Positions 37,896-47,064 of a stretch of DNA of 64,000 nt are shown one piece after another. The DNA comes from an uncultured virus (IMG/VR IMGVR_UViG_3300025368_000001) (taxonomy: Duplodnaviria; Heunggongvirae; Uroviricota; Caudoviricetes): IMG/VR virus record IMGVR_UViG_3300025368_000001; one strand, written 5' to 3'. The notes below the pieces were generated by a model. It was not told the DNA's origin. It did not search any database and worked only from the letters and a program-made list of their open reading frames with translations. Positions within the stretch are counted from its first letter, which is position 1, and each line of letters begins with the position of its first letter. The translations under genes and the position numbers were made by a program.

Positions 37896-39842
37896 ATGAA
37901 AAAAGGGTTATTTGTTTTGATGGCTTTATGCCTAAGTTTTTATGGTAAATCGCAGATTGCTATTTCTGCTTTACCAACTTATACCGGCAGTGTTAATGGG
38001 GGCTATGTACCTATTGTAATTGGAGGTGTTACTAAAAAAGTAGATGGTAGTAAACTAGGTCAGGTTACTGATTCTTTAAGAATACCATATTTAAGTAAAA
38101 ATAATGTTTTTACAGGAGTAAATACTTTTCCGGCAATAGTTTTAGCAAGCGGTGGTAGTGATACAGTTGCAACTAAATCGTACGCTAGAAGTATAACAGA
38201 AGGTAAATTAATAGATAGTACTAGGATACCATACCTTACAAAAAACAACGCTTTTACGGGTAATAATACATTTCCCAATATAAACGTAAGTAACAATAAC
38301 GATGCAAGTGGGTTATCAATAAATGGAGATATTACTACAATAGGAGATATTAACAATAATGATGCAGGAACTACCCTATCAATAGACGGGCATTATAATA
38401 CATTGACAATAAATGGTCTTTGGGGGTTTACTAGCGGGCAATCAGTATCATCAATATCTACCGATACCGCAATGACAAGTAATTCAAATGCAATATTACC
38501 TACTCAAAAAGCAGTAAAGTCGTATGTTTTGAATCATCAGGGAAGTGGTGGCGGAAGTGGTTACCAAACTACTGCGAATTTGTCTAATGACGGCACAATG
38601 GCTGCAAATTCAGTAACTTTGTATCCTTCCCAGCAAGCTACCAAAACCTATGCAGATGGGTTAGTAGTAGGTTTATTAAATGATAGAGGTAATTATAATG
38701 CTAGTGGCAATGTTTACCCGTCAACTGGCGGAAGTGGTACGTCAGGCGCAATTAAAAAGGGGGATTTATGGTATATAAGTACAGCAGGTACTTTAGGGGG
38801 CGTATCGGTAGTTGTAGGTTCTTCTATTAGAGCTTTAACAGATGCGCCGGGGCAAACTTCAGCTAATTGGAATGTATTGAATGTTGGATTAGGATATACG
38901 CCCGAAAATTCAGCTAATAAATCAAATTTATTAGCAAGTGATAGTTCTAGCACAGTTAAATATCCAACAGTTCAATCAGTAGGAAGATATGCACAAGCGT
39001 TAAGTAATTTATCGAATAATCTAACTACTGATAGTGCATCCACGACAAAGTACCCTAGTGTACAAGCTATTACAAGATTTGTAAAAGCGAATAGTGGAGT
39101 AATTCCTTTAGTCTCTTACCAATTATCTGTTACAGGTACTAATTATTCAAATTCTAATCTAATCCCTACAAATTTTACTCAGATATACGGTAGTGGTAAT
39201 TCAGTAAAATTGCCTAATAACCCACCAAGTGGTACACAGATATATATAGCTTCTGCGATAGATTGTAATATATATTCTTTTGATAATTCAACTAATATTA
39301 TTTATGGGACGTATCAAAGTCAACAATCATTAAAAAGTGGCAATTATTATCTTTTTACTTTTATAGATAATGATTTTGGTTGGAAAATGCAACTTATTGA
39401 TGATAATACAATTCAATTAAACGCAAATTTATCGAATAATATAATAGCAGATAGTGCGAGTACTACCAAATATCCTAGTGTAAATGCAGTAAAGAATTAT
39501 GTCCAAGCAAATTCTTCGTCATTACCATATACAGAGTATGCTTGTTTAATAACGCAAGTTAGTACGTCAGCCCCCGTATTAACAGTATTGAATAATAATA
39601 CAGGCGGCACTTTTACAGCAACAAGGCTATCTTCTGGCTTATACAGTATAACATTTAGCGGTATATCCACTAGCACATCTAAAATGTTACCGATTATATC
39701 TTGCAATAATGCGTCAGGATTAATTGTGAGTGCATATAGTTATACATCAACAATAGTTCGTATTAAGTCTTTAAATTTAAGCGGAATTCCTTCAGACGAC
39801 ACGTTAACCAATACTCCTTTTTTCTTGCGCATTTACCCTTAA
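37896..39842 (+). CDS. Tail fibre-like protein with signal peptide
   Basis: Signal MKKGLFVLMALCLSFYGKS-Q; ISALP..VPIV..TKKV anchor; repeats RIPYL.KNN.FTG.NTFP (x2) and N.SN....DS.ST.KYP (x3). Confidence 0.75.
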   Translation: MKKGLFVLMALCLSFYGKSQIAISALPTYTGSVNGGYVPIVIGGVTKKVDGSKLGQVTDSLRIPYLSKNNVFTGVNTFPAIVLASGGSDTVATKSYARSITEGKLIDSTRIPYLTKNNAFTGNNTFPNINVSNNNDASGLSINGDITTIGDINNNDAGTTLSIDGHYNTLTINGLWGFTSGQSVSSISTDTAMTSNSNAILPTQKAVKSYVLNHQGSGGGSGYQTTANLSNDGTMAANSVTLYPSQQATKTYADGLVVGLLNDRGNYNASGNVYPSTGGSGTSGAIKKGDLWYISTAGTLGGVSVVVGSSIRALTDAPGQTSANWNVLNVGLGYTPENSANKSNLLASDSSSTVKYPTVQSVGRYAQALSNLSNNLTTDSASTTKYPSVQAITRFVKANSGVIPLVSYQLSVTGTNYSNSNLIPTNFTQIYGSGNSVKLPNNPPSGTQIYIASAIDCNIYSFDNSTNIIYGTYQSQQSLKSGNYYLFTFIDNDFGWKMQLIDDNTIQLNANLSNNIIADSASTTKYPSVNAVKNYVQANSSSLPYTEYACLITQVSTSAPVLTVLNNNTGGTFTATRLSSGLYSITFSGISTSTSKMLPIISCNNASGLIVSAYSYTSTIVRIKSLNLSGIPSDDTLTNTPFFLRIYP

Positions 39843-39854
39843 TAAATAAAAACA

Positions 39855-40190
39855 ATGAGTTCACCACTATTTATACCACTACAAGGAGGGCAAATAAACC
39901 TGATAGAAGGACAAAAAGTCTTGTCTAGTCTGTTAGGTCATATCGGTTATGAAGTAAGGGGTAGTGAGGTTGTATTCAACACAGATATTACGATTGATGG
40001 CATTAATACAGTCAATATGCGATTGGTAATTTCTGATATTGGTCAATATGGCGAGTACGATACATTACCGATAAGCTCAGATATGGAAATGCAGGTGGTT
40101 GAGGATTTGATTAAGCAGTTTGCGCCTTCACCGGAAGCGGACAAAGCGAGCGATAATTTTTCTAACGGGCAAAAACAAGGAGGTAACTAA
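39855..40190 (+). CDS. Tail protein, probable C-terminal part
   Basis: FIPLQGGQ..GYEVRG..LPISSDMEMQVV pattern. Confidence 0.6.
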   Translation: MSSPLFIPLQGGQINLIEGQKVLSSLLGHIGYEVRGSEVVFNTDITIDGINTVNMRLVISDIGQYGEYDTLPISSDMEMQVVEDLIKQFAPSPEADKASDNFSNGQKQGGN

Positions 40191-40960
40191 TGACATATAC
40201 AACCCTTGACAGTATTGTAAGAAAGTTTCTGATAGACAATGGTTATCCGATTCATTGGTATATGCAGACGTTGTCTAATTCCGTTGAGATTTTGCGTGAG
40301 TTGAATTTCGATGTGCTTAAAAACGTGAACACCACCACACTTACAATCAATAGCTATCACGCCGCAGACTTACCCGATGATTATGTAGACTTCACAAAAG
40401 TTGGCGTTATGGTTGGACAGTTTGTTCGTCCGTTGGTTCAGAGGGAAAGCATCAACCGGATGCGTAATGTAGTTAATAACGAGTATGTAGATTTTCCTAG
40501 CGGCAACAGCGGTGAAGGGGTTTATTACCCTAACGGCAGTCCGGGCTTTGGCTTTTATTGGGGAACGAATATTTGGGATACTTGGGGCGAAAATACAGGT
40601 AGGCAGTATGGTATAGGTGCAGGCGACCAAACAGATACTTACAAAGTAATACCCGAAAGAAATCAGATACAATTCAATCAAAACTTCAAAGTTGGTTCGC
40701 AGGTCGTATTGGAGTATATCAGTGATGGAACGAGTTGCGATACGGCCACTATGGTCGACCCGTATGCACAGGCTTGTATCAAGGCTTATTGCTTATGGAA
40801 AATGGCAGAACAGAACAGAACTAAATCACTAGTCGAAAGACAGATGCTTAAAAGCGAGTACGACTTACAATACAGGCGTTTAAGAGCAAGAAAAAGCGGT
40901 TTGACTGTTGATGATATTAAACGAATTTTTGAAAAATCTTACACTTCATCACCTAAGTAA
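40190..40960 (+). CDS. Tail ring/tubular protein
   Basis: LPDDYVDFTKVG and VVLEYISDG motifs. Confidence 0.75.
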   Translation: MTYTTLDSIVRKFLIDNGYPIHWYMQTLSNSVEILRELNFDVLKNVNTTTLTINSYHAADLPDDYVDFTKVGVMVGQFVRPLVQRESINRMRNVVNNEYVDFPSGNSGEGVYYPNGSPGFGFYWGTNIWDTWGENTGRQYGIGAGDQTDTYKVIPERNQIQFNQNFKVGSQVVLEYISDGTSCDTATMVDPYAQACIKAYCLWKMAEQNRTKSLVERQMLKSEYDLQYRRLRARKSGLTVDDIKRIFEKSYTSSPK

Positions 40961-43900
40961 TGATAAATCAGAAGAAGATATTTACGGGCGGAATGGACAG
41001 CGACACAGACCCACGATTCATAGGCGAACACGACTATCTGAATATGGAGAACTGCCGTGTTGGTGTAAGTGCGAACGGTAAAACTACCCGTATTGAAAAT
41101 ATGCCTGGAACCATACAGATTACAAATACCAATCTGCCCACAACAGGAAGTAACACCTGCATTGGAACGGCAGTTGATGAAGAAAGAAGAAGGTTAGTAT
41201 ATTTTATCTATAACAGTGCAGGCTACAACCGTATTTTCTTGTACGACACGATTGCCGCCACGGTTTCGGTCTTGTTGAAAGAAAGCGATGTAACAGGGGG
41301 TTTAGGCTTTCAGCTATCTAATTGTATCGACAGAAATGCAAAAATTATTGACAATCTTCTTTATTGGACTGATAATGCAGGTGATGTTTGGAGTATTAAT
41401 ATACAGGCGGCGTTAAATATGCAAGCAGGTACAGGTACACCAATTTATTCTTCGCCTATTAATGCTGACCTATTAAAGGTAATTAAAAAAGCCCCAGCAT
41501 ACCCACCTGCAATACTAAAGTCATACGATAGCGGCTTTGTAGGCAATTTTATTTACAACGAAGGGTTTAAGTTTTGTTGGAGGTTTACATATATAGATAA
41601 CGAAGTATCGGTACTAAGCCCTTACAGTTTGTTGGCACCAATGAACAGCGCAAATGACAACTTCAATAATATCGCTGTAACACTGCCTACTACTCAAACG
41701 ATATGGCAGACAGTTCAGACAGTTGATTTGGTTGTTATTTACTCTAGCAGTAATGTTTACTACATTATTAAGACTTGGGATAAAGCTATTGCTGCTGATG
41801 CTACGGCTATTGCCAATCATAATAGCGGAACACCATTAACTTATGCTTTCTATAACAATCAGATAGGTGAGGCTTTAGATAGTGCATACGCATCGAAATA
41901 CTTCGAAGTAATACCAAACAATGCTAAGACATTAGAACTAGCTAGAAACAGGGCTTTTTTAGGCAATGGCACTTATGGGTATAATACGCCGAAGCAAACA
42001 TCGTTAAGTTTAAGTTTAAGTAATGTAAGCCTAGTTAACCTATCAAGTGTTCCTGTAACAAGAATACATACTGCTGTTAAAAATGCTGGTGGTACACAAT
42101 ACACGATATTTTTTGATGTTTTACATATTGTAAACGATACTGTTGGGGGGATGCCTACCGGATATTATGCTTTTACATATCAATCGCATAATTGGGCTTA
42201 TATTATTTCAGAAACCTCTGGATTAGATAGTAGAGGTGTGCCTATTGTTGGAGACCAGAATTTTATAGATTTTGTTTATGCCGGATCAGACATTCAGAGT
42301 ATTCCGGGTACTTACTTGCAGATTTATACAGATAGTACATGGTATGTTGATACAACTTATTCTATCACAACTAATGATAAAACCCCTATTACATTACAAG
42401 GCGTCCCTGCTTTTTATAATAACAAAACATTATTTGCACATAACGAATCAACTTATGACGCATCTGTAACCTTTTATGATAAATATCAAAGAAAATGCGG
42501 GAATAGCCCAATAAAAAGCATATATGTGCCTGATGCAATATATAGTTATCCGTTTACTAATTTGTATGCGCAAGTTAATTGGTCATTAAGTAATACAAAT
42601 GCTTTATCTGAGATACCGAATTGGGCATACTATTACTCTGTTAATGTATCTAAAAACCTAACTAAATCATTCTTTTTTCAAGGGTATTCTAGGAGGCAAG
42701 TATTTTATTCAGTAGATGCAACAACTGGTGCTTATGTTTTTAATACTACTGATATAAAAGGCGTTACCTATGGGACAGACAAAAAAGGAATTGCTTTTGA
42801 TATATCTGATATGATTAGCTTTGGTATAGGATATACTTTTAATGAAGGTGATTTATTAAAATACGGGACGTCTTATACTGGCAGTATCACTTCTTGGAGT
42901 GGAGATAACCCTCTTAGGGTTGTGGGGCAAAGCGGTAATTGGGTTTTATGTGAATTAAGAAATATCTATTTAGGTACAACTGGCTCTCCTGTCACCTATG
43001 ACCTTAAAATGTTTGAGATTTATACTCCTTATAAGGCAAGTGCGAATGAACCTATTTACGAAGAAGCTAATATTTACCCTATAACAAATGCAGACACAGA
43101 TACTAGGGTATATAGCACATTATCCGGCAAATTACAGGGGGATACATACATTATAAATAGGATTGGTAATATATCAACTGCCATTTCGACTGGATTAACA
43201 TATTTTGCTTTTCAATTCCCTTTTAAAGCAATGTCACCCGTAGATTCTTATTGGCAACATTGGTACACAGATGCAGGTCGTTCAAATTACATTGATAAAA
43301 TTGGTCAAAAATATTTACCAAACCGAATATCCTTCTCTAATACTTATCTAGCAGGAACGCTTACAAACGGGCTTTCTTCTTTTGATGCTTTGAATGTGGC
43401 AGATACCTATATCGAAGATGGCGCAATACAAAAGTTGCAACTAGCAAATAAGCAGAAGCAGGAGGATGGTGCCGTATTACTAGCGATATGTTTAGGGGGT
43501 ACTATCAGTATTTACCTTGGCGAAACACAACTTGTCAGCCAAACGGGTAATGCCTTCTTAGGTCAATCAAACGGTGTGATAGGTACAATGAACGACTTGA
43601 AAGGAAGTTTCGGTACAGAAAACCCTGAAAGCGTGTTCACATACCTTGGTGAAGTCTATTGGGTAGATAACTACAATGGGGTGATGGTTCAGTATAGCAC
43701 TAACGGTTTATTCCCCATTAGTAGCTATAAAATGGCATCATATTTCTTAAAGGCTTTAAAAGAGTATTTGAATACCGGAACCCGAATAGCCGCAGCGTTT
43801 GATCCAACTAATAAAGAAGCATTATTTGTTATGCCTGCAATAGATGATGTAAGCATAAATTTACCTAGTTATTCAGGCGATGTTCCAGATGGGGCGACAA

Positions 43901-44484
43901 CTATACAAAATAGGTTTAGTCCTTTTGATGGAAATAATAAAACGTTAGCGTTCAGACCTGCTGAAAATAAATGGAGTAGCGCTTATGAGTTTGCGCCGGA
44001 ATGGATGGAATCAGTTGATGTTACACTATACGGTTTCCAAAACGGGCAACTATGGAAACACAATGCCGATACAAGCAATTACAACAAGTTCTATGGTGTT
44101 AACAAGGCTCAGAGAATAATGTTCGCTGTAAACGATAATCCGTTTGATATAAAGGATATGCTTACAATAGCAATAGAGGGTAAGCAATCACCTTCTTACG
44201 CATTTATATACACGACATATCCTAACGAACAAATAACCGATTTGATTGGCTCGGATTTCGTTTTAAAAGAAGGCATTTACTACGCAAGTATTCTTCGTGA
44301 TAGGTTAAGCCCTAATGCCGGTAGCAGTAACCCCGATGTATGTTTATTGCAAGGAGACCCAATTAAATCTGCAACACCGTTCATTTGGGTTGAATTTCAA
44401 GTATTTGATAAAATGCTAGAAGTAAACTTTGTAGATGCAGGATATGCTGTAAGTAGAGGACACAATACTATTTTAAAAAAGTAA
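40960..44484 (+). CDS. Tail muzzle/stabilization protein (P22 gp10-like, crAss-like)
   Basis: FTGGMDSDTD..YLNMENCR; LYWTDN; GTENPESV; KEGIYYA motifs. Confidence 0.8.
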   Translation: MINQKKIFTGGMDSDTDPRFIGEHDYLNMENCRVGVSANGKTTRIENMPGTIQITNTNLPTTGSNTCIGTAVDEERRRLVYFIYNSAGYNRIFLYDTIAATVSVLLKESDVTGGLGFQLSNCIDRNAKIIDNLLYWTDNAGDVWSINIQAALNMQAGTGTPIYSSPINADLLKVIKKAPAYPPAILKSYDSGFVGNFIYNEGFKFCWRFTYIDNEVSVLSPYSLLAPMNSANDNFNNIAVTLPTTQTIWQTVQTVDLVVIYSSSNVYYIIKTWDKAIAADATAIANHNSGTPLTYAFYNNQIGEALDSAYASKYFEVIPNNAKTLELARNRAFLGNGTYGYNTPKQTSLSLSLSNVSLVNLSSVPVTRIHTAVKNAGGTQYTIFFDVLHIVNDTVGGMPTGYYAFTYQSHNWAYIISETSGLDSRGVPIVGDQNFIDFVYAGSDIQSIPGTYLQIYTDSTWYVDTTYSITTNDKTPITLQGVPAFYNNKTLFAHNESTYDASVTFYDKYQRKCGNSPIKSIYVPDAIYSYPFTNLYAQVNWSLSNTNALSEIPNWAYYYSVNVSKNLTKSFFFQGYSRRQVFYSVDATTGAYVFNTTDIKGVTYGTDKKGIAFDISDMISFGIGYTFNEGDLLKYGTSYTGSITSWSGDNPLRVVGQSGNWVLCELRNIYLGTTGSPVTYDLKMFEIYTPYKASANEPIYEEANIYPITNADTDTRVYSTLSGKLQGDTYIINRIGNISTAISTGLTYFAFQFPFKAMSPVDSYWQHWYTDAGRSNYIDKIGQKYLPNRISFSNTYLAGTLTNGLSSFDALNVADTYIEDGAIQKLQLANKQKQEDGAVLLAICLGGTISIYLGETQLVSQTGNAFLGQSNGVIGTMNDLKGSFGTENPESVFTYLGEVYWVDNYNGVMVQYSTNGLFPISSYKMASYFLKALKEYLNTGTRIAAAFDPTNKEALFVMPAIDDVSINLPSYSGDVPDGATTIQNRFSPFDGNNKTLAFRPAENKWSSAYEFAPEWMESVDVTLYGFQNGQLWKHNADTSNYNKFYGVNKAQRIMFAVNDNPFDIKDMLTIAIEGKQSPSYAFIYTTYPNEQITDLIGSDFVLKEGIYYASILRDRLSPNAGSSNPDVCLLQGDPIKSATPFIWVEFQVFDKMLEVNFVDAGYAVSRGHNTILKK

Positions 44485-44494
44485 AACATAGGTT

Positions 44495-45160
44495 ATGGCA
44501 GGAATAGGCGGATTATTAGGAGGTGTTGCAGGATTTGCACTAGGCGGACCGCTTGGGGCATCACTTGGCGCAGGGTTAGGTAGCGGGATTGAACAAATTT
44601 CCGATTCTAATAAAATAAACCCACAGTATCACCCTTATCAGATTAGCGATTACGCAAAACAACGTTTAGGATTAGCGCAGCAGTTATACAATGGTCGTAT
44701 GGCAGGTGCAGCTAATCAAGAACAAAATATTGCCAACAACCAGGCTAATACAATGGCACAGGCTGCTAGAGGTGCTAGTAATGGTGCGCAGTTGCTTTCA
44801 TTAGGCGGTGCAGCACAAGGTCAATCAAATAAGGCTTATGCTGATTTAGGTGTTCAAGAAGCTCAGAATAAAATGCAACAAGCTCAGAACCTTAATGGTG
44901 CCTTAGATAATATGTCGCAAGAGGAGTATAAGGTATATCAAGACCAACTCAATCAATATCAACTACAGCAACAACAAAAAGCAGGATTGACCAGCGCAGG
45001 TTTAACCAATGGCATCAACGCTTTACAAGGGCTTTATAGTGCGAATAAAATGGGTGATTTTAGGGGAAGTACACTTGGCGGATTACTTGGCGGTGGAAAA
45101 TATAGAAAAGCAATTGCTTATGATGGAGGACAAGACCCTACATATACAGGTGATTATTAA
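44495..45160 (+). CDS. Ejection/pilot protein
   Basis: Gly-rich hydrophobic N-terminus and Q/A/N-rich coiled coil; follows the muzzle gene. Confidence 0.65.
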   Translation: MAGIGGLLGGVAGFALGGPLGASLGAGLGSGIEQISDSNKINPQYHPYQISDYAKQRLGLAQQLYNGRMAGAANQEQNIANNQANTMAQAARGASNGAQLLSLGGAAQGQSNKAYADLGVQEAQNKMQQAQNLNGALDNMSQEEYKVYQDQLNQYQLQQQQKAGLTSAGLTNGINALQGLYSANKMGDFRGSTLGGLLGGGKYRKAIAYDGGQDPTYTGDY

Positions 45161-45174
45161 AAACTTAATTAATT

Positions 45175-47064
45175 ATGGCAGCTTTCGGTAGTAATAATGC
45201 GGATATGGCGGTTGTGCTTCCTAGTTATGGGATGTCACCCGCACAGGCGGATATGTTTCAGGCGCAAATGGCAGCAAAACAGCCAAAAGTAAAGCCGTAT
45301 CAAACACCTGCTATACCATTAACGCCTAATAAGTACAATGATAATACCGTTCAAAATATCTATAATGATTACCTAGCTAAAAAAGCAAAGGAGTATCAAG
45401 ATTGGGCTGTAACCAACAGGGCATCTGAGGCAGATTTGAAGAACCATATTTTGGCAGATAATGATTTTAAAGACAGAGTTTCAAATTTCGATAATTTAGA
45501 TAAAATGTATTCTGCTTTACCTACTCAGTCTAAAGTATTGCAGCAAACTTATGGTACTGATAACAATCTACCATTTTTGAATAAAGCTATTGAGAACTTT
45601 CATAACACATTTTTTGATAAAGATGCAACAGGTAAACCTATTGCACCTAAACCTTCATCTCAGGTAGACCCTACAACATTTAATCCATTTAATGGAACTG
45701 AGACAGACGATTTCCTTCAAAATAGCTTTAATAATAGAAATAAAGCAATTGATGCCCACTTAAAATCATTGCCAGCTTCAGACATTACAAAAGATTACGA
45801 GGTTAGGGATAAAGCTGGTAATGTAACAAAGAAAAATTTCAATGCTAAGACCAATGCGTTTATGAATGTGAATTATGATGAAAATGGCAGACCTATGGGA
45901 TTAGCCGTTCCATCATCACAAGTTGAGTTGCCTAATGCGCAAGATGTAGCACCCGTTGATAATACTCAGTCAAATAGTCCTTTAAGCAGCAATTTCTTAG
46001 CAAATAATTTGCAGTATCAGCAAATACCTCAAAAGCAGACTTTACAAGTTGTGCCTCCTGAGTTACATCAAACTATTGCAACAGACCCTAAAATGAGATT
46101 TGATTTGCTTCAACTAGCTAAAGAAAAGCAAGCTGAACTGCAAAAGCAATATCCAACAGCAGACCCATCTTTATTGCATGCAAATGTTTTACATGATTAC
46201 ATTTCAGGTAATAATAAAATGGATGATAATGGCCAGATAACATCAAACGGATTGATGTCTACAATGTATAAGACAAATGATGCGCAAAAAGCACCAATTA
46301 CTAAAAATAATTTCACTATTAATCTAGGGGAAGGCGGTAAAAATCCTCAACCTTTTGCTAGTCCTAATAGCCTGACTAATCTTTTGACACATCCTACTTA
46401 TGCGGTAACGAATAAGGATAAAGAAGATCCTAACAACTCTTCAATACAACAGGCATTTAATCACTTCGCTGTAATGAATGCTGCTTCAAAAGATAAAGGC
46501 GAAGCACTAATCCCTGTACCATTAATTGTAAATACAAGGGATTTATCCCCTAAAACAAACAGTCTTATTTCTAAAAGTATAGATAAGTTTAACGACTTAA
46601 CCATGCACGATAGAAAGCCAGAGGATAACGAGCTAATTGCCAAGGTTAAAAGTGGAGATACAAATGCAGCCGCAGATCTTTATGCGCAATTAATGACTAG
46701 GCACAACAAAGCAAATGGTATTGATGAAGTGTTTACTGCAAATGATGTGAAAGAAGCGGTACCTGTTCTTAGAACATTTAATGCACCTAAAACTGACGAG
46801 AAAGGTGAGATTATTTATGACCCTTCAACTAAAAAGCCTATTACAGTTCAGAAAACAGCATTCTTACTTCCAGGTTCTAATGAGTTTAGAAATGCTGCTC
46901 AGGATAGGATTAACGATGTTCAAAGCGAAAAGGATAATCAGTTGATGCACACTTTGAATGCTGATATTGTTAAGCCAAGGGTAGTTAAGCCAGTTTCAGC
47001 ACCCGTACAAAAACAAGCATTAGCACAACCAAAAGTTACACTTAAAAAAGGAATACTAGACTAA
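45175..47064 (+). CDS. Internal virion/ejection protein
   Basis: 629 aa, no Cys; position among ejection genes. Confidence 0.55.
   Translation: MAAFGSNNADMAVVLPSYGMSPAQADMFQAQMAAKQPKVKPYQTPAIPLTPNKYNDNTVQNIYNDYLAKKAKEYQDWAVTNRASEADLKNHILADNDFKDRVSNFDNLDKMYSALPTQSKVLQQTYGTDNNLPFLNKAIENFHNTFFDKDATGKPIAPKPSSQVDPTTFNPFNGTETDDFLQNSFNNRNKAIDAHLKSLPASDITKDYEVRDKAGNVTKKNFNAKTNAFMNVNYDENGRPMGLAVPSSQVELPNAQDVAPVDNTQSNSPLSSNFLANNLQYQQIPQKQTLQVVPPELHQTIATDPKMRFDLLQLAKEKQAELQKQYPTADPSLLHANVLHDYISGNNKMDDNGQITSNGLMSTMYKTNDAQKAPITKNNFTINLGEGGKNPQPFASPNSLTNLLTHPTYAVTNKDKEDPNNSSIQQAFNHFAVMNAASKDKGEALIPVPLIVNTRDLSPKTNSLISKSIDKFNDLTMHDRKPEDNELIAKVKSGDTNAAADLYAQLMTRHNKANGIDEVFTANDVKEAVPVLRTFNAPKTDEKGEIIYDPSTKKPITVQKTAFLLPGSNEFRNAAQDRINDVQSEKDNQLMHTLNADIVKPRVVKPVSAPVQKQALAQPKVTLKKGILD

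Noticed and set aside
37887..39854. Intron or intein explaining the split tail gene
   Set aside because: The insert is one fibre ORF with 9-12 bp spacers; no group I/II structure, homing nuclease or intein termini
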